A stretch of 13,427 nt of DNA from a virus. Its lineage: Duplodnaviria > Heunggongvirae > Uroviricota > Caudoviricetes. The translations under genes were made by a program, and so were the position numbers. Shown here piece after piece: positions 6,248-12,596 of the stretch. Under the pieces are notes generated by a model. The model was not told the origin of the DNA and did no database searches. It worked only from the letters and a program-made list of their open reading frames with translations. Position 1 is the first letter of the stretch, and each line of letters starts with the position of its first letter. The DNA is taken from IMG/VR virus record IMGVR_UViG_3300021142_000006; one strand, given 5' to 3'.

Positions 6248-7130
6248 GTTGTTTTGTTTTTACAAAGGTAAGGAATTTTTTCTCACCAACAACTTTTTTA
6301 ACACTAAATTTATCCCTGTTCTTCATTTTATTTAAAAAGTTTGTGGCTTCCTTTTCATTAATAAAGCTTTTGCCTCCAGTTAAATTATAGGAATAATGAA
6401 ATCCAGTCCTTGTATTTTTAATGAAACTAAAGTTTTCTCCATATGCCAGTACGTAATATTCGTTTACCGTCACCGTAACCTTATCATTATTCCTATTAAT
6501 CTTATTGATTTTGTTTAAGTTTACCTTTTTATCCATAAAACCCTGCATCCCACTTTGCTTTAGGAAAATGTTGAATTTCGAACCGTAGTACTCCCTGTAT
6601 TCTTTAATCGTATTAACCAATTGTTCAGTTGAACTGAACCAAACGTCAGGCTTAATTTCCAAACCTTTGTCGGTAATATCTGTATCTTTCCACCTGTATA
6701 CATATAAACAAATAGATACTCCGTTCGCCTTCAATTCCTCAATTGTCATTGCATTCTTAATAGCATTCTTATAGAAAGCTTTGTATTGAGAAAATGTTGT
6801 ATTCCTTGTACCTTTACCGTACATAGCTACAGCAACATGATACCCCCAGTGCTTATCGTTATACTCCCAACCTTCACCATATTTTTTGGTATCATCTTCA
6901 CATCTCTCAATTGTCTTCAACCTGTACTCATCGATATTTTGCAACAATTCATTATTGTTGGCAATGATATTCATACCGTTAGTGTGGGCATAGCTGTTAC
7001 ACCAATCCCTCGCTCTACGCCTGTCGTTACGACCCTCATAGACATTGTTATCTCCCTGTAATATGAAAGGTATAACATGATTGTCATCCACCTTTATGAA
7101 TTGTCGGTTATATAAAATTGTAAAAGACAT
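6240..7130 (-). CDS. hypothetical phage protein (296 aa)
   Basis: long ORF; C-terminus runs through promoter P9. Confidence 0.85.
   Translation of the reverse strand: MSFTILYNRQFIKVDDNHVIPFILQGDNNVYEGRNDRRRARDWCNSYAHTNGMNIIANNNELLQNIDEYRLKTIERCEDDTKKYGEGWEYNDKHWGYHVAVAMYGKGTRNTTFSQYKAFYKNAIKNAMTIEELKANGVSICLYVYRWKDTDITDKGLEIKPDVWFSSTEQLVNTIKEYREYYGSKFNIFLKQSGMQGFMDKKVNLNKINKINRNNDKVTVTVNEYYVLAYGENFSFIKNTRTGFHYSYNLTGGKSFINEKEATNFLNKMKNRDKFSVKKVVGEKKFLTFVKTKQHD
6263..6293 (-). promoter_or_regulatory. Bacteroidota-type promoter P9 inside the 3' end of the 296-aa CDS
   Basis: GTTG-N19-TACCTTTG + AAAAACAAAACAAC leader to ATG 6247. Confidence 0.65.
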
Positions 7131-7135
7131 GTTGA

Positions 7136-7345
7136 TTATATTTTAGTTAAGGTATCCAAATAAATTATTTCATAGTTTATACAAACATATTCACGTTCAT
7201 CCATTTCACTATCCAACCAAACTTTTGCCTTACCAAAAGGTACGTTATTAATATTAATAACCACATCTTGTCCACCATTGTCCGTGTATGACAATTCTTC
7301 GTAGGCTTTAAAAGGTACATTAGTATCTTCCGTTATTTTTTTCAT
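7136..7345 (-). CDS. hypothetical protein (69 aa)
   Basis: ATG follows P10 leader. Confidence 0.8.
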   Translation of the reverse strand: MKKITEDTNVPFKAYEELSYTDNGGQDVVININNVPFGKAKVWLDSEMDEREYVCINYEIIYLDTLTKI

Positions 7346-7361
7346 AGTTGTTTTGTTTCTG

Positions 7362-7393
7362 CAAAGATAAGTAATAGTATTTAAATCACCAAA
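7362..7393 (-). promoter_or_regulatory. Bacteroidota-type promoter P10
   Basis: TTTG-N20-TATCTTTG + leader. Confidence 0.85.
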
Positions 7394-7398
7394 TTTTT

Positions 7399-7568
7399 TT
7401 AAGAATTATTTAGATCCAAACCAGGAATAGTTTTTATTTCAACCAAACCAAAAAATAGATCGTCACCCTTCACCTTATCAATTAATTGTTTTCTACTATG
7501 TTTAAGAATTTCATAATCGGTCTTATTATCATCAACTGTTACAAGTACCTGTAAGTTTATCTTTCCAT
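7399..7568 (-). pseudogene. startless/frameshifted small CDS (..KINLQVLVTVDDNKTDYEILK...LDLNNS)
   Basis: 56-codon protein-like open frame 7569-7399 whose stop abuts P10; the nearest ATG (7568) is one base out of frame. Confidence 0.5.
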
Positions 7569-8042
7569 ATTAGGATCATACTCATGATTAATCTTTTTCC
7601 AAACTAATAAAAAATTAGGATTATATTTCTTATCACACTTGGTACATGAACCTTTACGAGTACTTAAACTCAATCGCAATCTTTTAAATTCATGTCCATT
7701 GGGGCAAGTACCGATATAGTTAGGTGTTGGTTTGGGTAAATCGCTACTGTAACAACGGTCACCGTTACAACCAATTTCCCTTGCTTTCATCCTCCAGTAA
7801 CTATCATGCCCATGTTTATGTCCAACCAGTGCATGGGCAATCTCATGCAATATTGTATCTTTTACCTGAAATTCATCGTTCAGTTGAACCAAATGTTTGG
7901 ATAAGGTAATCTTTTTCCATGTGTAATTACATCCTCCAAAACGTCTTTTAGCATTGTCAAACTCAAACTGCCAACCATTATCAATAAGGTTGTGTTTGTT
8001 CATTAATTCAATTGCCAGTTGTTCCGCTTTAACTAAATCCAT
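7557..8042 (-). CDS. SprT-like zinc metalloprotease (161 aa)
   Basis: TILHEIAH, HGHD..W...A.EIG, RRFGGC motif, C-terminal CPNGH/CTKC Zn ribbon; start trimmed from 8075. Confidence 0.9.
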   Translation of the reverse strand: MDLVKAEQLAIELMNKHNLIDNGWQFEFDNAKRRFGGCNYTWKKITLSKHLVQLNDEFQVKDTILHEIAHALVGHKHGHDSYWRMKAREIGCNGDRCYSSDLPKPTPNYIGTCPNGHEFKRLRLSLSTRKGSCTKCDKKYNPNFLLVWKKINHEYDPNMER

Positions 8043-8061
8043 TGTCGTTATTTTGTTTATG

Positions 8062-8092
8062 CAAAGAAACAACAACTTTTTTAATTTCCAAA
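8062..8092 (-). promoter_or_regulatory. variant promoter P11
   Basis: TTTG-N19-TTTCTTTG (TA->TT) + leader. Confidence 0.55.
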
Positions 8093-8116
8093 CAAATAAA
8101 CATATATTTGTTTTTG

Positions 8117-8386
8117 TTATTCGTTTACATTACTCCAAATTAAATAGTATTCAAGCCCAGAGTTATTTTCCCATGAGCCATTTTCGAGGGCGTTATCGAT
8201 TTCTTCATCAATATCCAAATCCGCATCGGTACTATTTCCCTTATGGGCATCCCTTATTAGTTTAATAAAATATTCTTCAGCTTTTTCAACCATTGGGTTT
8301 AGATGTTTTGTATCATTATGAATTACAAAGCTTTCAACGGTATTTAAAATACCACGGTCTATTTCAACCACATTTATTATTCTCAT
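8117..8386 (-). CDS. hypothetical acidic protein (89 aa)
   Basis: ATG follows P12 leader. Confidence 0.8.
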   Translation of the reverse strand: MRIINVVEIDRGILNTVESFVIHNDTKHLNPMVEKAEEYFIKLIRDAHKGNSTDADLDIDEEIDNALENGSWENNSGLEYYLIWSNVNE

Positions 8387-8402
8387 TTTTATTTTGTTTT
8401 TG

Positions 8403-8435
8403 CAAAGATAAGAAATAAAGTTGGATTACTCCAAC
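8403..8435 (-). promoter_or_regulatory. Bacteroidota-type promoter P12 overlapping the upstream stop codon
   Basis: TATCTTTG -7 box; GTTGG in place of TTTGG at -33. Confidence 0.65.
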
Positions 8436-9001
8436 TCTATTCCCAATTCTTTTAAATTTGTATTTAATATCCGATCCCCATTTTTAAGTATTGGCAATAT
8501 TTGTGTCTTAATTTGTGTGGTTAAACCATTGATACCAATATATTCAACCATATTTTTCAAATCACCTGCCTTAAATGTTATAAGCCTATACCCATTATCA
8601 TTACCAATACAAATACCTTTCAACATATCCTTTTCCAATTTCTTAAGAAATTTCTTTTTCTCTTTGGCTGAAAGAAAATCATCAATCAAACAGAAACATA
8701 TATGTTCTATTTGTGTATCTATTGTTATATTTTCCAATTTTATAAAATCCCAACCATTGTCAAACATAAGTTGTCTAACATTGTTTTGAACGCATAAGTC
8801 CTGTAGGATAACACCTGCGTCCGACTTCAAATGCAAGTCGACTTCACCACCCCAACCATCATCATTGTAATATCCAACATTCTTTTTGTCCAAATAGATA
8901 TTGGCAAATAAACCCTGTAGGTCATGTCCAAATCCTTCTTTAATGTTTTTTACAGATACCCTGTCGGTAATTGCCTTTGGTAATACTTTAATTCTTGTCA
9001 T
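8426..9001 (-). CDS. hypothetical phage protein (191 aa)
   Basis: ANIYLDKK.VG...DDGWGG motif; start trimmed from 9040 to MTRIKV. Confidence 0.85.
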   Translation of the reverse strand: MTRIKVLPKAITDRVSVKNIKEGFGHDLQGLFANIYLDKKNVGYYNDDGWGGEVDLHLKSDAGVILQDLCVQNNVRQLMFDNGWDFIKLENITIDTQIEHICFCLIDDFLSAKEKKKFLKKLEKDMLKGICIGNDNGYRLITFKAGDLKNMVEYIGINGLTTQIKTQILPILKNGDRILNTNLKELGIELE

Positions 9002-9017
9002 AGTTATTTTGTTTTTG

Positions 9018-9049
9018 CAAAGATATATTACAGCATTCAAACCACCAAA
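9018..9049 (-). promoter_or_regulatory. Bacteroidota-type promoter P13
   Basis: TTTG-N20-TATCTTTG + leader. Confidence 0.85.
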
Positions 9050-9072
9050 CTATTTAACATATATTTTTTTAA

Positions 9073-9109
9073 ATAATAAAATCCCCCAATCAATTAAGAC
9101 TGAGGGATT
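9073..9109 (-). terminator. intrinsic terminator
   Basis: AATCCCTCAGTC-TTAATT-GATTGGGGGATT (two G-U pairs, minus strand only) followed by TTTATTATTT. Confidence 0.75.
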
Positions 9110-9139
9110 CCAAACAAAACAAACAACAAATAACACTCT

Positions 9140-9346
9140 TTATGTTAAGCACCAACAGGTGGGCTTCAAAAAGATATCTCTACGTTCGAAGATATCTCCA
9201 ACTTTATAAGTATGCTTGGTCATCTTACCATTGGCATCTGGAAACTTAACTTCATGTTCCTTTATGCACTTAAGCCTAACCGTAGATTCTGGGTTGTATA
9301 CAACGTCCAGCTCATCATTCAATTTCTTACTCTTAACCATTACCAT
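9140..9346 (-). CDS. hypothetical protein (68 aa)
   Basis: start trimmed because the ORF-track start at 9361 lies in the -7 box. Confidence 0.65.
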   Translation of the reverse strand: MVMVKSKKLNDELDVVYNPESTVRLKCIKEHEVKFPDANGKMTKHTYKVGDIFERRDIFLKPTCWCLT

Positions 9347-9358
9347 GTTTTTTTTATA

Positions 9359-9390
9359 CAAAAGTAATCATTAATTTTGAACCAGTCAAA
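9359..9390 (-). promoter_or_regulatory. Bacteroidota-type promoter P14
   Basis: TTTG-N20-TACTTTTG. Confidence 0.7.
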
Positions 9391-9401
9391 TATTTGTTTT
9401 A

Positions 9402-9710
9402 TTAATCCTGTTGGTAAAGACGATAATAAACATGTTCATATATTGCGTTCATACTATCTGTATCCAAATCCATCATGTCATGGATTAAACCAGTTTCATC
9501 TTTCACACAAACACATTTATTGAAATAATCATAAAATATTGTCGATACATCAACATTGCCATTGTCATTTGTAATACCAATACCCATATTAATGCAATCC
9601 AATTCACCTATGGGTTCCATCATGGCTTCAACCTCTTTATTTATGGCTAAACGAATCTTGCCAATTTGGTCTTCCATGAAATCTATAAACTCCCTTTTCT
9701 GAGCTGCCAT
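9402..9710 (-). CDS. hypothetical protein (102 aa, MAAQKREF...)
   Basis: ATG 1 nt after the upstream stop (9712). Confidence 0.75.
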   Translation of the reverse strand: MAAQKREFIDFMEDQIGKIRLAINKEVEAMMEPIGELDCINMGIGITNDNGNVDVSTIFYDYFNKCVCVKDETGLIHDMMDLDTDSMNAIYEHVYYRLYQQD

Positions 9711-9711
9711 A

Positions 9712-9930
9712 TTATTGGATTTTAGAAATTGTATACAAATCGAACCAAATATGACCGTATTTTGCTTCATACAAATTATAGAACTCATCATCGGTCAAGT
9801 CATCAAAGTTATCCACAATGTCTTCATCTCTGATATCGGACATGGCGGAATTCCTTTCTTCTTCCATAAAGAATTTAACAACCCTATCTATGGCATCCTT
9901 TTGAGCTAAGGTAATATTTGTGTTGTTCAT
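9712..9930 (-). CDS. hypothetical acidic protein (72 aa, MNNTNITL...)
   Basis: start trimmed to remove the overlap with 9935..10150. Confidence 0.75.
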   Translation of the reverse strand: MNNTNITLAQKDAIDRVVKFFMEEERNSAMSDIRDEDIVDNFDDLTDDEFYNLYEAKYGHIWFDLYTISKIQ

Positions 9931-9934
9931 AATA

Positions 9935-10150
9935 TTATTTTGTTTTAAATAAAAAGAATGCAGGCATTGAGTATTGTGGCTCACTCTTATAATCATCGAT
10001 TATATCTTCGACATTTTCATGAAGTTCATCCCTAACTTTGTTGGCAAAGCTTCTTCTTGAAGCTTCAACAATTTCATGATCTGGCGCATTCTCATCCACA
10101 ATCACCCTTGTGACCATGGATATATAAACCAATTTTGCTACCTTTGACAT
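9935..10150 (-). CDS. hypothetical protein (71 aa)
   Basis: ORF track; operon packing. Confidence 0.7.
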   Translation of the reverse strand: MSKVAKLVYISMVTRVIVDENAPDHEIVEASRRSFANKVRDELHENVEDIIDDYKSEPQYSMPAFFLFKTK

Positions 10151-10156
10151 TTTATT

Positions 10157-10462
10157 TTATTTTGTGAAATCAGGTGAACAACTGATACGTCCTTTTGGAA
10201 CATATCTTTCTTTTTGTGATGCAGGCGGAACATACCCATTGTTGAATGCCACAGGCAATTCATCAAAAGGAACATTTGATTCAGCCAAACTTAAGTTAGC
10301 CTCAACCAACAAAACGGCAATATCCGTTTCTGTGAAGTTTGTTATATCTTTATCCAAACTGATATAGATTAATATGCTTTCCCTAACATCATCTATTGAT
10401 GTGGAATTGTAAGATAGCTTTAATTCACCACCTGTCTTGTTGTTTGTTATTTTGTAATACAT
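10157..10462 (-). CDS. hypothetical protein (101 aa)
   Basis: ATG follows P15 leader. Confidence 0.75.
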   Translation of the reverse strand: MYYKITNNKTGGELKLSYNSTSIDDVRESILIYISLDKDITNFTETDIAVLLVEANLSLAESNVPFDELPVAFNNGYVPPASQKERYVPKGRISCSPDFTK

Positions 10463-10485
10463 TGTATGGGTTAGTTTTGTATTGG

Positions 10486-10517
10486 CAAAGATAAAACAAT
10501 AAATTCAAACAACCAAA
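10486..10517 (-). promoter_or_regulatory. Bacteroidota-type promoter P15
   Basis: TTTG-N20-TATCTTTG. Confidence 0.8.
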
Positions 10518-10522
10518 TTATT

Positions 10523-10771
10523 TTAAACAATTATTTTAATATAATATGTTGGATACATCTTTAGTTTGGTTAAACCAGAATCAAATTCAAGATCATGTGT
10601 CTTCACACACCTGTAGGTATCTGCATAAAATTTATTACCTTTGCGATCCTCGAAGTCAACCCTCTTACCAGGAACAAAATTTGAACTGGTACTTATAACC
10701 TGGAACAAGTTTTCAGCTCGTTCAATCGAAGCAATCAAAATGCCTTCATTTCCTCTGATTTAAATATTCAT
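10523..10771 (-). pseudogene. small CDS with in-frame TAA at codon 4 (MNI*IRGNEGILIASIER...)
   Basis: ATG 10771 sits 3 nt after the upstream stop and is in frame with the 10523..10738 ORF; TAA at 10760-10762; a TTG start at 10738 is the alternative. Confidence 0.55.
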
Positions 10772-10774
10772 ATA

Positions 10775-10966
10775 TTAATTATTATTTAATATCTCAAAAT
10801 CGATACCTTCAATATTTTCCCAGGATTCATTTATAAAGATCTCAAATTGATTATCTTTACCTTCATTATACCTTGCCTGATATATTGAATCATTATCAAT
10901 TAATATCCCACTGTCAGTTGAAAAACTGTAGTCATCCTTAAGATCCTTTCTGATTGTTACTAACAT
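10775..10966 (-). CDS. hypothetical protein (63 aa)
   Basis: ORF track; operon packing. Confidence 0.75.
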   Translation of the reverse strand: MLVTIRKDLKDDYSFSTDSGILIDNDSIYQARYNEGKDNQFEIFINESWENIEGIDFEILNNN

Positions 10967-10978
10967 ATTTGATCCCTT

Positions 10979-11761
10979 TTAATAAACACAATTTGTATCA
11001 TTTTCGGCAATGATGAATTTATTTTTGGATAAATCAATTTTGTTTCTTACCTTCTTAAACTTAAGACCACATATAACAGTTTTTGGGTCAAGGTACCTTA
11101 AATCGGTTTCATCAGCATTCACGACAGGATATCCCTTGTAAGTTTTGGGCAGTCTCTTCTCGAATACAACCGCAACCCTAACACCTGAATTTAAAGCCCT
11201 CTCGCATTCATCCCAATTTTTACCTGAAAACGAATATGTTAAATCGTAATTTTTATATTCTTTGGTTAGGCTAAACCTTTTAGCCACCTTTGTGTAATCA
11301 TAAAATTGTACAGTAGGAAATAATTCAAAAAAGGTTTTACCATTGTATACAAATAAGGTAGGGTCAATATCGGACGTACCGTTAAACCTAACAGCAAATT
11401 CCATACCCTTGCTTTCAGCTTGCAATTTGTATGCAACTATTTCTGCATACAACCATGAGTTGAAAAAAGCCCTATTCTGAAAAAATAACTTAGTTTTATT
11501 TATTCTGGCAGTATTAATTACATTGTGTATATCGATACGATTATGCCCACTTTCAGATAAACAAGCTTTCTTACATTCAATAGTATGCTTTGGACAAACA
11601 TTATAACCTGAAAGATCAGCAGGAGCCAAATATATAATGTAGGTTAACACATTCTTTTTTGTGTTCTTTTTAATCTTTTGTGACAAAGATACTCCGCCAA
11701 GATAGGATAATTTTGTTTGCTTAACAGCTTGCGACCTGTTTGTAAATACTAAGTTAGTCAT
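10979..11761 (-). CDS. GP88-like Cys-cluster (radical-SAM-like) protein (260 aa)
   Basis: CPKHTIECKKAC (Cx6Cx3C), RFNGTSD, FYDYTK, YDLTYSFS, VAVVF, D..DLRYLDP, GLKFK; start trimmed from 11854. Confidence 0.75.
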   Translation of the reverse strand: MTNLVFTNRSQAVKQTKLSYLGGVSLSQKIKKNTKKNVLTYIIYLAPADLSGYNVCPKHTIECKKACLSESGHNRIDIHNVINTARINKTKLFFQNRAFFNSWLYAEIVAYKLQAESKGMEFAVRFNGTSDIDPTLFVYNGKTFFELFPTVQFYDYTKVAKRFSLTKEYKNYDLTYSFSGKNWDECERALNSGVRVAVVFEKRLPKTYKGYPVVNADETDLRYLDPKTVICGLKFKKVRNKIDLSKNKFIIAENDTNCVY

Positions 11762-11784
11762 ACGTTTATTTTGTTTTGTTGGCA

Positions 11785-11815
11785 CAAAGATAAAACATCC
11801 TTTCACAAAAACAAA
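11785..11815 (-). promoter_or_regulatory. Bacteroidota-type promoter P16
   Basis: TTTG-N19-TATCTTTG + leader. Confidence 0.75.
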
Positions 11816-11822
11816 AAAAAAC

Positions 11823-11856
11823 AAAAAAAAATGCCACATATTTTTATGTGACATTT
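11823..11856 (-). terminator. intrinsic terminator
   Basis: ATGTCACATA-AAAA-TATGTGGCAT (one G-U on minus) followed by a long T run. Confidence 0.65.
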
Positions 11857-11909
11857 ATTACCCTTTATACAATAAGCACCAATATTACTTAGTAGCTTTT
11901 GCATCAGCC

Positions 11910-11929
11910 TGCTTAGCATTGCTTAGCAT
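11910..11929. repeat. perfect 10-bp tandem duplication TGCTTAGCAT x2
   Basis: 11910-11919 = 11920-11929. Confidence 0.95.
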
Positions 11930-12095
11930 GAGCTTCATGCTTCACTGGTGTTGTTGGTTTTACAGCTGGCTTAACAACTGGCTTAACTGTCTTATCAGTC
12001 TTTACTTTAGCTGAATCAACTTTGTGAGCTGACTGAGCTGTAGCGGTTACGCTTAGCATCCCTGCTAACATAACAAATACAATCATTTTTTTCAT
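11913..12095 (-). CDS. secreted Lys/Pro/Ala-rich peptide (60 aa; 66 aa ending 11885 if the duplication is removed)
   Basis: MKK + hydrophobic core + ATA|Q signal-peptide pattern; repeated VKP motifs. Confidence 0.8.
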   Translation of the reverse strand: MKKMIVFVMLAGMLSVTATAQSAHKVDSAKVKTDKTVKPVVKPAVKPTTPVKHEAHAKQC

Positions 12096-12100
12096 ACATA

Positions 12101-12132
12101 CAAAAGTACTAACAATTTTTAACTAAAACAAG
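12101..12132 (-). promoter_or_regulatory. promoter P17, probably leaderless
   Basis: CTTG-N20-TACTTTTG, ATG only 5 nt downstream. Confidence 0.6.
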
Positions 12133-12139
12133 TTATATC

Positions 12140-12165
12140 AACATATATTTTTAAAAATATGTATT
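12140..12165. promoter_or_regulatory. 26-bp quasi-palindrome AACATATATTT-TTAA-AAATATGTATT between divergent promoters
   Basis: 23/26 identical to 5990-6015; perfect 16-bp core at 12145-12160. Confidence 0.5.
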
Positions 12166-12172
12166 AAATAAA

Positions 12173-12203
12173 TTTGGAGGTATCAATATTGTGATTATCT
12201 TTG
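12173..12203 (+). promoter_or_regulatory. Bacteroidota-type promoter P18 (plus strand)
   Basis: AATAAA-TTTG-N19-TATCTTTG + AAAACAAAACGAA leader to ATG 12223. Confidence 0.85.
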
Positions 12204-12222
12204 TATCCTAAAACAAAACGAA

Positions 12223-12567
12223 ATGGCAAAAATCTATTCTGCTCCCAAGGATCCAAAGCTTCCTGATTTAAATTTTGGTAATATTAAAGGTTATCATGTG
12301 GCCTGCGACAAATACCTGTCAGACCTCAAAGATCTTTTACGCAATAGGAATCCCACCGAACATGTTGGTGAGACAATTAAATTCCCAGTGGCAGATGGCT
12401 ACGCAATGTATATGGTTGCTTCAATCAAACCACTGGAACTGGTTCATATACAATTATGGGACGCATGGCATTTCGATTATGCTAATAGACTAACGGCAAA
12501 AGATGTAAAAGAAAAAATTGCCCAAGAACAATCCCTAAGGAAATTATTCGAATCCAAATCAAAATAG
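12223..12567 (+). CDS. hypothetical phage protein (114 aa)
   Basis: VGE.I.F.VADG.A.YMV motif; follows P18. Confidence 0.85.
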   Translation: MAKIYSAPKDPKLPDLNFGNIKGYHVACDKYLSDLKDLLRNRNPTEHVGETIKFPVADGYAMYMVASIKPLELVHIQLWDAWHFDYANRLTAKDVKEKIAQEQSLRKLFESKSK

Positions 12568-12596
12568 TATATTTAACATTTAAAATCAAAACAAAA

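Noticed and set aside
8103-8110. Plus-strand TATATTTG -7 box
   Set aside because: No TTTG 19-21 nt upstream and no plus-strand gene; it overlaps the operator-like half-site.
9935-9995. Possible frameshift or insertion in the odd C-terminus (YKSEPQYSMPAFFLFKTK) of the 71-aa gene
   Set aside because: No alternative frame gives a clearly better ending; cannot be decided without homologs.
59-10367. Plus-strand ORF-track calls (59..289, 460..678, 1245..1445, 1802..1999, 3252..3470, 4612..4986, 4809..5201, 5110..5328, 5838..6032, 6786..7061, 7724..7909, 7954..8265, 8421..8789, 8901..9209, 9715..9909, 10164..10367)
   Set aside because: Antisense or alternate-frame shadows of better-supported genes, with Ser/Phe/Ile-biased composition and no promoter or leader.
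1697-10762. Stop-codon reassignment (alternative genetic code)
   Set aside because: TAA, TAG (1697, 12567) and TGA (3239) all end genes cleanly and gene packing is already dense under code 11.
57-11815. CRISPR array
   Set aside because: Repeats are separated by whole genes (hundreds of bp, variable), are degenerate and match promoter consensus; no cas genes are visible.
57-11815. Integron attC cassette array
   Set aside because: The repeats are not palindromic, lack the RYYYAAC/GTTRRRY cores, and no tyrosine integrase is in the window; only the architecture is analogous.
600-11854. N-terminal extensions in the ORF track (MLYICRNKTT, MQKQNNNN, MLFLCINK, MNAVIYLCKNK, MYKKN, MSHKNMWHFF)
   Set aside because: They are translations of the promoter, leader or terminator DNA; the real starts are the ATGs after the leader.
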